From Chiloscyllium plagiosum (Eukaryota), in NCBI RefSeq assembly GCF_004010195.1, contig NC_057749.1, positions 21,796,745 through 21,860,744 on the forward strand: DNA of 64,000 nt, given 5' to 3'. The position numbers were made by a program, and so were the translations under genes. Positions 11,931 to 25,684 of the stretch are shown piece by piece; within the stretch, counting starts at the first letter, position 1, and every line of letters begins with the position of its first letter. Below the pieces are notes generated by a model. The model was given only the letters and a program-made list of their open reading frames with translations. It was not told the DNA's origin and did no database searches.

Positions 11931-13494
11931 ATCCAGGCAAGAGGACAACCAGGAACGTGTACTGCACAGGCACAATTAGATCAACACTCCCACTGAACGC
12001 TGTCCACTACTTTAAAGCTCACCCTGCTCACGGAGGGGGGTAAACCTGTGAGTGCGACGGGAACAATCTCAGGCTCACGCTGAAGACCATTTTGAGCCTC
12101 ACCATCAACATGCACCCCCACCCTCCATCACCCCACCCCCATCGCTATCACCTCTCACACCCCGACTCTCACCCTCAAACTACAGGACAGTGCTTTTTGA
12201 TGTGTGTGTATGTGTGGCGGGGTGGGGGTGGGGAGTGTTGTTGGGATAGGTTAACTTTCTCCTTTGTGAGAAACGAAAGAAACGCCGACAAATTATCTAA
12301 TTAACGTGCTGCAGTTACAATTTCAGAGAAAGGGAGAGAACGATGTCCCGTAGCGCGCTGACAATAACTCCGTCAATGCCCAATCGCCTTACATTAGCTC
12401 ACTCATTTCACATACGCCAGGTCTAAAACCAACGCACCGGTCAGATCAGATCAGATCAGATCTCCCTGGCGGGTCGAAATGATTTTGTAGTTGAGCAGGG
12501 GGGGGGCAAAGAAACAAGCTGGCGAGTGATCTCTGAGTTTAAGAAAAGCCGGAGCATCTGAATTCCATTAAACAAATGCATCAGCAGCCTGTCAGCTCAC
12601 ACAGCTGACTAGATCAAATATAGGATGCCGGGCAACTTCATTCAGGCTCATTCACTTTCAAGAGAAACCCCAAAGAATGGACACTCTACACTGGGCCACC
12701 GATGTAGATTTAGCCTTTTTTTTTTGAGACGAGACAAAACCCTGGACTTTCACAAACACATTTCCGAGCTCGGTACTAGGAGACGCGGCTCAGGACTCGC
12801 GAGGAATTTCAATTCATCTTAACGCTTTCATTCGGCCGCCGTACAGACTAGCACAGGGCACCTACAGGACAGAGGTTCAAAACTATACAATCCCTGCCCC
12901 GACACAAAACACACACAAGTTTTTTTTTTAAAAAAAGCGCAGTGTCTGTCAGCTGAATAGACTTAATTTAACACTGGGGTCAGGCAGAAGGAGTGTTTCG
13001 GAGAGATATTCCTCTGATTAAATCCACACAATGGCGGGATTCGGAATAAGGGCTGTCGGATTTAACTAAACCGCTTTAAATTGTTTTCTGAGAGAATTTA
13101 CAGACTCCGAGTCAATGTATACGATTCGCACACGTCGGCGAAATTGCACAGACCGATTGTACCACACCGAGAGCCGTGAATTCTTCCAGCGGAGTTAAAG
13201 TCGCAAATTGTACTGATGTACTGGAGATGAATTTGTGTCTCAACCTGAATTTACATAGCGATTATGCACACTCAGGACTCAATGTTCACATCGAGTGTCA
13301 ATGTACACACTTAGAGTGAATTTACACACTCGGAGTGAATGTGCACATTTAGAGCGAATTTACAAATTAGGCAGTAAGTGTACACATTCGGAATCAATGG
13401 ACAGACTGATGGTTTCAGGATCTCCCAGTAACAATACATACAGGATCTTCCGCTGTTGCACAAAGACTAAGTTTAAGACAATTTGCTTTGCACC

Positions 13495-13925
13495 ACACAG
13501 ACGCACACATACACAAATAGAGACACACACACACACTTACAAACAGGTACACACATACAAACGCACACACACACACGGATATGCACGTAGACTCATACCC
13601 ATTCACATGCACAGCCACAAACGCAAAGTCATACAAAAAATCTCACACAAATAGATATGCACTCACATTCACACAAACAGACTCATTCACATCATGCATG
13701 TACAGATAAACACACACACACACAAACTCACACAGACAGACACACAAACACACACAGACACACACAGACACACAAACACACAGACACAGAGACAGACACA
13801 CAAACATACACAGATACACAAACATACACAGAGACACAGAGACAGACACACAAACATACACAGATACACAAACATACACAGACACACACAAACAAATGGA
13901 CACAGACACACACACACAGACACAC
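13495..13925. repeat. (CA)/(CAGA)-rich tract with a 42-bp tandem duplication
   Basis: gacacagagacagacacacaaacatacacagatacacaaacatacacaga repeated at ~13783-13880. Confidence 0.85.
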
Positions 13926-16900
13926 CAGCGCTGCACCGTTGGTTAAATATGCCCAAACGCGTCATTTCTGAAGTGCTGGATTGAACATTTGTTAAATAGT
14001 TGCGGTTTTTCTCCCTCTCTTTGAATAGGGCGAGTTTGGACTTTGCATATTAATAGAGCCTAACAGCTCACGGGTCGGCTCGGATCAACTTCCAGACTTG
14101 TGAATAAATGTTTATTTTTGCAATTGAATACAGACATAAGTTGTTAACAAATAAAAGAAGAGTGATTGGCCCGGTCAGCTGAGCGGCTCTCGCTCCCCTT
14201 GTTTTCTCTCGCGGAGATTGTGGAGGGTTGGATATTTAATAGAGTCTCTCATTCATTCTGAAGACGGCTGTCTCTGCTGCTCCGGAACACCGCTGGCCCC
14301 TTTTCATTTCCGCGCAGAAAGCGGACAGTTCCAGGGTAAAAGTCCGCAGCCCACCTTTTCTCAGAGGCATCCTCTCCCGAATTCCTTTTTTTTAAAAAAC
14401 ACCTAATGTGCAAAACGCATCCAATTCGCGGCTGCAGTGCAACTTAGTTCCCAGAACCTAAACAAAACGGTCTGTAAGAATATGTTGATTTATAAGTTGA
14501 ATCAATAGGGATTTCCTTTCAAAAATATATTTTCAAAAAATGATTTCAAACGAGGCAGATAAATAGTGCACAAATTGTTTCCGGATTCTGAGGGGCAATT
14601 ATTCAATTTAACTGCTAAATATATTTTTAATTGTTATAAAAAAAGCGATAGCGGCAGCAGGGTCTTGGGGATTTACATCAAAAGGATGTAGACTGTCACT
14701 TCATCATGCACCTTTTTAACAATCATAGCGGTAATTTCAACAAACTGGACACAGCCTCGTGAATTATAAACCTGTATCTCATTACAATGCAAAATGGTAA
14801 GATTATACACACAGACTATCCAATCTGTTTATTGCCAGCGTAGTCATCCGGAAATTTTAACACCAGTCAGGGGCGATGGATGGCCGTTGTGTACATCACA
14901 TCTTTAACCTGCACCCATCATCGGGCGTCAGTATCCAGATGGAGAGGCTATCAGTTCGGGTTCAATGTGACCGTCGCTATATTCACCCACAGGCAGGGTA
15001 TTTAAAAAAAAAGACGGGATTGCAGGGGATTCGGGATGTACATTTTGAGAAGTTTGCTGCTCAGATCCGCATAGACAGAGGAGGGTAAAGCTGTACTGTA
15101 ACGATGAAATATTGTTCGGCCTTTTGCAAAACCCTGTGTTGCAGTTTAATTAAAAGAATTCATTAAACTAGTAGCCCATCCAAGGTAATTAGTATGCATA
15201 ATTTATGTTTTGCCTAACGCAGAAGGGCAGTAGCCCCTGAATAATAAAACCAACTTAACCTTAGGAAAACAACATTGAACGGACAAGCCGCTTATTATTC
15301 AGTTTTCAGAGGGTATATTCAAAACGATTTTCGGGTGCTTCCTCCTTAGTACGCAGCAATGACAATTACATGGAGAGAAAACCTAACATTTTGACCAGAT
15401 ATATATCCCCCCCAAACCCTCTCAAATTAAAAAAAAACCCGAGTCTTAATTTTGTTTTATATTTTCCAACCCGTTCGGAACCAGACAACTCTGGGGCAGG
15501 TGAGACTTGAAGCAGGTCTCCTGTCTCAGAGATAGGGACACTACCACCGCGTCTCAACAACCCCAACCTAACAATCGTGGCTGAGGCAACACTTCCGTTA
15601 CTTTGGAGTCTCATTCCTCTCCAACATTCCAACCGGTTTCGAGAACGGGGGAATAAGCAATACTTTCCAACTAATGTGTGTGTTTTACGTTTGGACAATA
15701 AGGTGAGTTGAAAATGAAAATCTTCGGGATAACGGGTGAGGGCAGGCTGCTTAGAATTGGGGGCGAGATTTTAAAGCGCGTGCAACAAATGTCTCTTTTC
15801 CAGCTGCCCTGAAATAAGAAAAAAGATAAACAATTGGCCAGAAGCGAGGCCCAGGATAACCTGCAGTTGGTTTATCATCTGTGTGTTGAACAAGTGTCGT
15901 CCTCCTCAAACCAAACCAAAATAAGTAGGAGCAGGGGAATGTTGAAATGTTGAGTAAACGTGAGGATAAGGTTACCCAAACACTTGGGTCATTTTGCATC
16001 CTTGTCCTTCCGATTAGGGGTAAGTGCTGTCAATTAGATCCACCCCCCCCCCCCTCCCTACCTCAGGACAAATAACGCCAGCCATTTTATCAGAAAGAGA
16101 AATGGCTGCACATCAAGAGCAGACGTGAAGCAGAAATGCCAAACACATACATCAGGCAATTACTCGCAGTGTTTATTGTTAAAATTTCATATTTACTTTG
16201 AGACGCAGCAGGTCTTCAAAAATAAATAGGGACTATAATTCTTAACAAAATCAACAGTTGCATAAAGCTGGTAATCAATTTAGTGGAGCTAAGGACAGCA
16301 GCATTAATGAGCAAATGCGCTGATGCAGTAATTTTTCAGCTCGGTTCCCTACAAGACTGACCTACGCGAACAAATCAAGATTAAACACACGGAGGTGCCA
16401 AATTAAGGTGGCTCTCTTCCCTGAGCCGCGGGGCCCAGGGCACACTCACCTGTTGAGTGTGGAAAGAAGGCGAGCTCTCTGCTCACGCTGGCTAGCCGAA
16501 CTCATGCCAGTGCCGCGATTAACTGTGAACTCGGAGGTTTGGTCCAGTGCTTTTTTTTTCCCCCCTTCTCTCTGAGTCAGACTGGGACCACTTTGCAAAA
16601 GCGGTGCAAGTGTTTCCCATACAGCAGACGGGCTCTGTGTTAATACTGACACCGCCCTTTAGCCCTAACATTGCAAAAAAAAACTGCTCAGTTAAAACTC
16701 CCATCATATTCGATTTGCTGAGCTTGCTCTTCGGATTGTTTCTGACGGCGCTACCATCGTTAACAATAATGCTTTCTCCAATAACGATATAAAGTCATAG
16801 TTATCGATAACGAAAATGTTGAAGATTAAAATTTGCATTCCTGGGGGGAATGTCTGTCTTTGTGTTCGGCAATGTGAACACATGAAATCGGTTATTTATT

Positions 16901-16929
16901 TTTCACTCCTAAACTGAACAGTAAGAACG

Positions 16930-17065
16930 TTTAAAAGGCATTTTGATAAGTTCATGATTAGCAAAGTTTCGGAAGGACATGAGCCAGGCGGGGCTAGTTT
17001 AGTTTAGTTTGGGGTTATGGTCGGTATGGACTGGTCGGACCGAATGGTCTGTTTCCGTGGCTGTA
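16930..17065 (+). mobile_element. CR1 LINE 3' tail fragment
   Basis: tttaaaaggcattttgataagttcatg...ggtcggtatggactggtcggaccgaatggtctgtttccgtg matches other CR1 tails in the window. Confidence 0.75.
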
Positions 17066-17235
17066 AGCCTTTACAAAACCAAACAGAAATGCACTCTCAA
17101 AACAAGGCAACAATCGATTCGCAGTTTAGACACTAAATTCAACCCTCACTATTTAATTCAGCATCCAACCAAACCCTAAATCCAACCCTCGATAGTCACA
17201 ATCCTAAATCCAACACCAAACAGCCAAGCAAGCTA

Positions 17236-17325
17236 GTTCTGAAGAAAGCTCACTGGACTGGAAAACTTTCTGTTTCTGCAGGTGCCGCCAGTCCTGCTGA
17301 GTTTCTCCAGCAATTTCTGTTTTTG
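17236..17325 (+). mobile_element. Short PLE-derived fragment, family C, with degenerate hammerhead core
   Basis: gttctgaagaaagctcactggactggaaaac...cctgctgagtttctccagcaatttctgttttt. Confidence 0.6.
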
Positions 17326-20300
17326 ACTCACGCTATCTTAATTCAACTCCCAACTAAACCTTCTAATCTAATCTGACCTAACATTGAACGCTACACTCCA
17401 CACTAAAGAGACGGCTGTTAACCTTCATAACATTACACTGTGGGACATCTCCAAAATTCAACGTGTTGGGACATTTAGCTGAATCGTCCATATAAAACGC
17501 CATTTTTTTTGGGGGGGGGGGGTGAATTGTAGCACAAGGGACCTTAAAATATTAATTTAAAGTCATGAATTTGAAGAAGCGCCAATAATTATGATAATTA
17601 ACTATTGAGGTGAACTGTAAAACACAAACTAAATCTGCACGTCCTGCTCGAGACACGGACGCAAAAAGCTGCTTTTAGTCCAATAAATCTCGCGGTTTGC
17701 ATATTGTTAGGGGAGAACCGTGTTTCCTGGACAGCTGAACGTCAACGGTGTGTGTGTGTGGGGGGGGGGGGGGGGGGAGTGCAGTAGTGTGTGTCAATAT
17801 CCTCTCGCCCAAGTACAAAAGGGGAGGCATTACTTTATGTCATACAGTATTGGCTGTATTACTTAGAAATTAGCCGGGACCTCGCCAAACACCCATGTGT
17901 GCATGAAATTAGAATGTCAACACTTGATTCATGTTGCAAGCCTGTGACTGCGAAACAAATTATGTCAGTGGGTGGCAATTGCAATATTAGTCTAAGCAGA
18001 TAACATATAGCAAAGGAGGACCCAGTCTGAAGGATTCTTGGTTTCAGACTAATATGTCAGAATCATTGGAAGAGAGGGTTCAGCGCTGCCAAATTGGCTG
18101 CTCCTGGATAAAGTACTGGGAACAAACAACAGCTTTATTATCATACACATTGCAGCTTTTAATTCTGCCGCCCGCGATGCTTCTTAAAAGATGCGTGCGA
18201 ACAAAGCTCCTGCCTTAAAGACACTCGGCCTGCTTCAGTTAACACTTTGCAGCAAATAAAGACAATTGGTTTGCAACCAATGCATATAAGGGCTTTCACA
18301 GGGTTGCTAAGTGACAAGTGGCTAGCCACGTAAAAATGCTCCCGTTTGTTTTTTTATCTCGGGACTGCTTCACTGAGGGGAAACTTAAACTCGAGTCAGA
18401 ACATTGCAGAGCTGAAATCCCATACCGACCACCCTCCCACCCAGCACCTCCCCACCCCCCCCCACCCCAAAGATTCCCCACCCCACCTCCTCTTCCTCAA
18501 ATCCCCCCGTCAAACGCAACACAACTGTTGGACGAATAGTATTTTGGCTGAGCGAGACCTGAAATTTGTAAAATGAAACGCAAGTAATATTAAACAGCAA
18601 GATTTCCCAGTGATTTCAGAAACGGGGGGAACTGCTTTCCTCAACTCAACAGATTTAAAGTTCCCCCCCCGAAAAATATTGGATTTTTGTTTGTAGTGTT
18701 TTGGAAAAAGAATGAATTAAATGCGCTCGAGTTTCGATGAATTGAATTAATTCAAATTTAATTTGTTTCGGGATGGGTACACACACACACACACACACAC
18801 ACTATCGGAATTTAATGAATGCAACGCCACACAATCGGCTTGGAAATAAACTGGCTTTTTAAGGTCGTTTCCCGTTCTCATTTCGGCTGCTCATTAGATG
18901 CCGTGAGTTGCAAAAAAGCAGTCTGTTGCCAACCCCTGCAGTGGTTTTGACAGAACTGCTGACTGCGCGTGATGAATGGAATCAGACACAATAACCTATC
19001 ATTCCGATGGTAACTGTTATCAAACATGGGAGATGAAAGTACCCTCATAGATTTCGGTTAGCTGTAATTAACAGGCGGTAACTGCGATGCGGTTGACTCT
19101 GCCACAGCGCTGCGTGTGAGTGATACCCAAGTCCAACTGACATCTTAAAACGCCATGAATTTATTTGATTTTACAGGCGGGTGGTGAACTGGGCTGGGTG
19201 AGGGGGCGGGGAGCAGTCCCAGAGTGGCATCACCCTCCGAGAGATGTCCCCTCTCCACCCCCCCACCCTCTCTCCAGGATCAGGTCAGTCAGACCGGTTG
19301 CAGGAGAGAGTCAAAGAGCCCAAATTCTCAAAATATGGTTTTCCAACAAAACAAAAGCAAAACCGGTCTTCCACAGGGTTCGGTTGTCCCGGGTCATCTC
19401 TCCAGCTCGTTTCAACGACTTATGGAGAAAAGGGTGACACCCAAAACCAGGAATCAGTCCATTCGTCCCATCTAATTCATACCGTGACCAGGCTCCAACT
19501 TCCTTTCCTGAAGACACGTGGCGTTTGCTTTCCCTGATGTAGTTGCCTCCACAGCTCCCCCTCCCTCGAGGTTCCCCACCCTCCGGGGTCAAGCTGTTGC
19601 TAAGTTCGCCTCCGCCTTCCAAGTCAAGTGTCCGGCTCTGAGCCGTCCCACAGTTTTGGGGAGTGGCCTCTTTCCTTTCATTCTCTGTCTCCTCTTAACT
19701 ATTCAATTGCTAAACAAACAAGTGATGACCCAAACAAGCAATAATATCAAAGGACTTTGTAGAAAAAATATCTCAAATCCCTTAATTCGTTTCCAAACCT
19801 GAAATCATTTGAATAATGAGTTTTGTTTATTCATGAGATGCGGGTAGGGCTGGTTGGGCCCGTATTTAATGCCCATCTCTGATTGTCCTGGGGGAGGCGC
19901 TAGTGAGCTGCCTTCGTGATCCAGTGTGATGCAGGGGCACCCACATTGCTGGGAGTCAGGGAGCGTCCCTTTTTTAATTTAACCCATTTTAAAAAAAATC
20001 AACCTGCCCATGGATGTTATGGCACATCCCTGGAGCAGGTGGGATTTGATCCAAGGCCTCCCGGGCCTGAGGTAGGGAAGCAAGAGCGCCCCAGCTTTTC
20101 TCCTGGAAGTCTTCCCCGCCCGCAGTGAACATCACGTTTCGGATAGAAAGTTAAACCCGCGGGTGGAACCGAACTCTTGGCTGGTGGGAGGGCGAGGATG
20201 TACGCGGGGTTTCCTCAGCGCTCTCCACACCCTGTTGTGTCAGGACTTTAGGGATTTGAGGATCTGAGCTGTTCTCAAATCCTAACCGAGCTGTGTGTGT

Positions 20301-20464
20301 GAGAGCGATGGAGAGATAGGCAGTGAGCGTGTGAGAGATTTTGTGTTTTTATTCACACCTGGACATCTCTGACTGGCCCAGCATTTATTGTCCGTCTCTA
20401 GTAATCTTAAAGAAAGCGGTGGTGAGATGCCCTCTTGAACCGCTGCAGTCCCTGTGCTGAATGA

Positions 20465-21540
20465 AGTGTTTGGAGTGTGAGTGTAAGTGACTCTGTGTGT
20501 GTATGTGTGTGAGAGAGAGATCGTTGCGTGTCAGTGGGAGAGAGGTATCTAGTGTGTGTGTGAGTGACTGTGTGTGGGAGAGATTGTCGTGTGTGAGTGG
20601 GAGGTGGCTGGTGTGTGTGTATATATGTTCGTGTGTGACTGTGTGAGAAAGAGATGGTTGTGTGTGGTGTGTGTGTGTGTGTGACTATGCGTGAGAAAGA
20701 GGTGTGGTGTGTGTGTTATTGCTTGTGAGAGAGATGGTTGTGTGAGAGGTGTCTGGGAGGTGGCTGGAGTGTGTGTGTGANNNNNNNNNNNNNNNNNNNN
20801 NNNNNNNNNNNNNNNNNNNNNNNNNNNNNNNNNNNNNNNNNNNNNNNNNNNNNNNNNNNNNNNNNNNNNNNNNNNNNNNNNNNNNNNNNNNNNNNNNNNN
20901 NNNNNNNNNNNNNNNNNNNNNNNNNNNNNNNNNNNNNNNNNNNNNNNNNNNNNNNNNNNNNNNNNNNNNNNNNNNNNNNNNNNNNNNNNNNNNNNNNNNN
21001 NNNNNNNNNNNNNNNNNNNNNNNNNNNNNNNNNNNNNNNNNNNNNNNNNNNNNNNNNNNNNNNNNNNNNNNNNNNNNNNNNNNNNNNNNNNNNNNNNNNN
21101 NNNNNNNNNNNNNNNNNNNNNNNNNNNNNNNNNNNNNNNNNNNNNNNNNNNNNNNNNNNNNNNNNNNNNNNNNNATGCTGGAGATCAGAGCTGAAAATGT
21201 GTTGCTGGAAAAGCGCAGCAGGTCAGGCAGCATCCAGGGAACAGGAGAATCGATGTTTCGGGCATAAGAAGGGCTTATGCCCGAAACGTCGATTCTCCTG
21301 TTCCCTGGATGCTGTGTGTGAGAGGTATACGGTGTGTGTTCGTGTCATTGGGTGCGAGAGATGGTTGAAGTATGTGTGAATGAGTGAGCGTGTGAATGAA
21401 GGAATGAGTGAGTGCAGGTGTGAAATGGGGAGTGAAAGTGTGTGCGGGTGTGAGTGTGCATGAGTAAAAGTGCCAGACTGTGTATGTGTGAATGTGTGTG
21501 TGTGAGTGAGTGTGGGTATATGGGAGCGGTGTGAGGGGTG
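20465..21540. repeat. TG/GA low-complexity tract around a gap (20781-21174), containing a fold-back PLE family B element at 21175-21314
   Basis: TG arrays; inverted arms cagcatccagggaacaggagaatcgatgtttcgggcataag / cttatgcccgaaacgtcgattctcctgttccctggatgctg. Confidence 0.8.
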
Positions 21541-21627
21541 AGGGACACGGGAATGGGGTTATGTGAGGCTTTTTTTTAAGGAATGTGGGTGTGTCAATAT
21601 TTGACAACTAGAACCTCGGGAGAATCT

Positions 21628-21725
21628 AAAACAGAAATTGCTGGAAAAGCTCAGCAGGTTTGGCAGCACCTGTGCAGAGAAATCAGAGTTAGCATTTCGG
21701 GTCCGGTGACCCTTCCTCAGAACTG
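21628..21725 (-). mobile_element. Short PLE-derived element, family C, with hammerhead motif
   Basis: Minus strand reads gttCTGAGGAagggtcaccggacccGAAAtgctaac. Confidence 0.7.
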
Positions 21726-23311
21726 ATGGTAGCTAGGGAAATGTGAATTTATATGCAGAGGATCTGTTGGAGGTCCAGTGAATACAGCCGAATGGGGTAA
21801 ACAGCAGCGGTCACCAGTCGGCCCGTCTAGTGGAATACTATAAACAGCGTAATGGATGGTGGGAGCGAAACTCAGACATTTAATCACAGTTTAGGCTGAG
21901 AGATATCATTTCAAACCACACAGGGAGAATGCTTGATAACGAGGTGTCTGCGTTTAGACAGTAAAAATCGTTTGAAATAACGATGAACGATTTGCCTATA
22001 CCAGCGGAGACAGTTTGCAAATCAAATATCAGAGACGGTTAAAAAAAAAACTCAATAAATTGCCAGGGAACTAAGATACCACAAATAATTAGAGACTAAC
22101 AGACACAAATTATTTAAATATCTCGATTGGTATTTTTAAAACATTCTGTTTAATATTCCAGTCCTTGGCAAATGCCCTGGGAGATGGAATAAATGAATGC
22201 TGTGCTCGGGAAACTCCAGTGAAGGAGAGAACAGGGACAGTCACAAAGAAAGCGATTAATGATCGGCGCCTCGATTGGCAGATCATTTTTCTGTGGCTCA
22301 GGCAGTTTGGCCTGCAACAGATTTCCTCCGTCCCATTCCCCCCACCTTGTCTCAAAAGGGCAGAGGGCACAGGGGTACGGGAAACCGTTCGGGAGTTGTC
22401 GGGACCCTGTTCTGCCTTACACTGAAAGCCGATGAACCGCTTAAACCTGGAAAATAGGCGCAGGAGCACGCTGGATGTGAGTGCTTCACTTTACCGACTG
22501 GTTGGCGGTAATGACCAGTTCACTCGGCATGGGAAACAAGAAGTGGGGGAGGGGGGGGAGGAGGTGGAACGGGGCTAGGTGGTAGTGTCCTTCCCACTGT
22601 TCCAGGAGCCCCGGCTTCCAGTCCCTAGGTTGGGCCCGAGCCTCCCTGTGCAAGTTGATGGTAATTTTATTAAGCCAGGGATATGGGCAAAAAAGCAGCC
22701 AGTGGGTGTTAGGACCCAGATCAGCCCCCAGCTTATTGAATGGAGGAGCAGGCTTGAGGGGCTGAATGGCCTCTTCCTAGAATTGATAGTGTGGGCTCTT
22801 AAGGGGCTTGGGGGGGGGAGCGGAAATACATGAAAGCAAGGGGTTCATGTCAGTAACTCCACCAGAGAAGTCACAGCGTATACTAAATTAAACTGCAAAC
22901 ATGACACAAACACCACTACAGACAGGTGCTCTCTCCTTCCAGAGTTTGAGAACTATTCTCTGGAATTCTGGAGTGTTATCTTCCCCGCTGGGCTTAATGC
23001 AAATTGCAACCCCACCCTCCAGTTGGAATAACATTGTACCTTCACCAGCCCCTTCCTCCTTCCCTTCTCCCTATGAATTAGCGTGGCCTCTGTCCAGTGC
23101 CCATCACTTTCTTCAATTAAGCATTAACCCTGCTAGAAATATCGTTGGCCCTGTTCTGGTTCTGAGTTGGGATTTCAGAACTCTATGCTGCCCTCATCAA
23201 TTCCTGACGTTGGCTGAGAATTCCAGCACAATTCACAACCCATTCAGAACATTGCCATCCTGTGACATTCTTCTTAATGCTTTTCATTTTATTTTTAATA
23301 AAATGTGCAAT

Positions 23312-23812
23312 TAGAGTCATAGAGATGTACAGCACCGAAACATACCCTTCAGTCCAACCCATCCATGCCGACCAGATATCCCAACCCAATCTAGTCCCAC
23401 CTGCCAGCACCCGGCCCATATCCCTCCAAACCCTTCCTATTCATATACCCATCCAAATGCCTTTTAAATGCTTCAATTGTACCAGCTTCCACCACTTCCT
23501 CTGGCAGCTCATTCCACATATACACCACCCTGTGCGTGAAAAAGTTGCCCCTTAGGACTCTTTTATATCTTTCCCCTCTCACCCTAAACCTATGCCCTCT
23601 AGTTCTGGACTCCCCCACTCCAGTCTATTTACTCTATCCATGCCCCTCATGATTTTATAAATCTCTACAAGGTCACCCCTCAGCCTCCGACACTCCAGGG
23701 AAAACAGCCCCAGCCTGTTCAGCCTCTCCCTATAGCTCAAATCCTCCAACCCTGGTAACATCCTTGTTAATCTTTTCTGAACCCTTTCAAGTTTCACAAC
23801 ATCTTTCTGATA
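23312..23812 (-). mobile_element. CR1 LINE 3' fragment
   Basis: Minus-strand frames give KDVVKLERVQKRLTRMLPGLEDLSYRERLNRLGLFSLECRRLRGDL and TRGHRFRVRGE..FFTHRVVYMWNELP; ctctatgactcta tail. Confidence 0.92.
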
Positions 23813-24102
23813 GGAATTTATTTCTTTTTCAGAGGGTCTTTGGGACTCTCGGCAATTGTCAAGGTGGGGTGGACAGCTTCTTGATTTGTGATGGGGTGGG
23901 TGCGGGTATGGGAGGTTATTAGGGGTCGGTGGCATTGTGGTGTTGAGGCTATTATCAGATTGGATGGTCTTACTGAAATCTGAGGAAGTCAAATACCCTA
24001 CTCCTGCTCCCAATTCAGATGTTAGCAAATGTTAGGCAGTGCGTTAACTCTCCCACTTCCAATCATGGGTTCAATACTGATCTTTTTCTGTCCTTTCAAG
24101 TT

Positions 24103-24693
24103 GAGAGACTGGTGGTATCACTGCTAGACTATAGTTCCAGGGAATCTGGTAATAAACAGTGGTTCAAATCTCACCATGGCAGATAACTTTAGATTCTATT
24201 AACAAAAAATCTCTGGAATTAAGAGTCTAATGATGACCATGCATGCATTGTTGATCATCAGGAAATTATGTGGTGAAATTATCTGTTGATTATCTGGCTC
24301 ACTAATGCCCTTCAGAGAAGGGAATCTTCTGTCCTTACCTATCTACACGTGACTCCAGACCTAAAGCAATGTGGTTGACTCTTCAATATTCTCTGTGTAA
24401 TTAGAGTCATAGAGATGTACAGCACGGAAACAGACCCTTCAGTCCAACCCGTCCATGCCGACCAGATATCCCAATCCAATCTAGTCCCACCTGCCAGCAC
24501 TTAGCCCATATCCCTCTAAACCCTTCCTATTCATCTACCCATCCATATGCCTTTTAAATGTTGCAATTGTGCCAGCCTCCACCACTTCCTCTGGCAACTC
24601 ATTCCACACACGTACCACCCTCTGTGTGAAAAAGGCAATAAAGAGATAACTGAGCCAGAGACATCCACATCCTGTGAATGAATTAAAAAAAAA
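24103..24693 (+). mobile_element. Second tRNA-derived SINE family, interrupted by a minus-strand CR1 3' fragment (24402-24633)
   Basis: Head with ggttcaaatc B-box, body gaattaagagtctaatgatgaccat...gtgactccagacc, tail ggcaataaa...catcctgtgaatgaattaaaaaaaaa resuming after the CR1 insert. Confidence 0.7.
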
Positions 24694-25684
24694 GTAACTC
24701 TGGCCATTGCTTTCAGTTGCTCCACCATTGTAGTTAGCCTCAGTGACATGCACTCTCTGGATTTCATGGATTGGCCAGCTTCTATCAATAACCTCCCCCA
24801 TACCGAATTCCAGTTACACCCAGAGGCTGTCTGAGATAAGCAGGGAGGCAAGTTTAGGATGTACCATTCATGGGACATTGGCATCACTGGTGAGGACAGC
24901 ATTTATCCCCGCAGACCGAAACTATCCTGGTGAAGGTGGTAGTGAGCTGTCTCTCTCTCTCTCTCTCAAGGAGATGTATATTCAAGCTGCACACAGTCAA
25001 AGTTATCAGCATCACCACCACAGGAAACAGATTTCCTGTCGTTACCTTGTTCCGAATGTGATCCTGATTGAATGCTGCAGCCCTTGTGTGACCCCTGAGT
25101 TTAAAATGTGAGGGCGTGGTGGGGTTGACAGTTGAGGGTGTGGATAGATGCAGATAGGTTTAAGTTTGAGAAATAAAAAGCCAAGGAACACCTATTGTTA
25201 GACCATGGTTAGAGCAGCAATTAAATCATGACTACAATAAAATAAAAACCACAAGCATTTATAGGGACTTTTGCAGCTGTTAAAAACTCAGCTCTCATCT
25301 ATATTTTGGAGCAGGAACACATGATCCTGAGATCTTGCCCCATGACTCTACCAGGGGTCATGACCCACAGTTTCAGATCTCCTGACTGAATTCCTTCTAA
25401 ACCTGCCCAGTGGACATTGACAGCATCACTCAGGTGACTGACATGCTGGTCAAGAGAGCCCACCATTGGCTTATCAATTTGCAACAACTAATAAAGAGCA
25501 CAGTGGATGTCTATCCTGCCCCCTTGCAGAAGGTGACATGACCAGAGAGAGGTTCTTCTCCACCATGGTGATGCTGTCATGTGAACAGAACTTAAAATGA
25601 ACCAGGCTTAAACTGAGCCAACCAACTAATACACAGGCTAGTGGTGCAATTCCACCTACATATAGAGCGTAGGAAGTGCATAAA

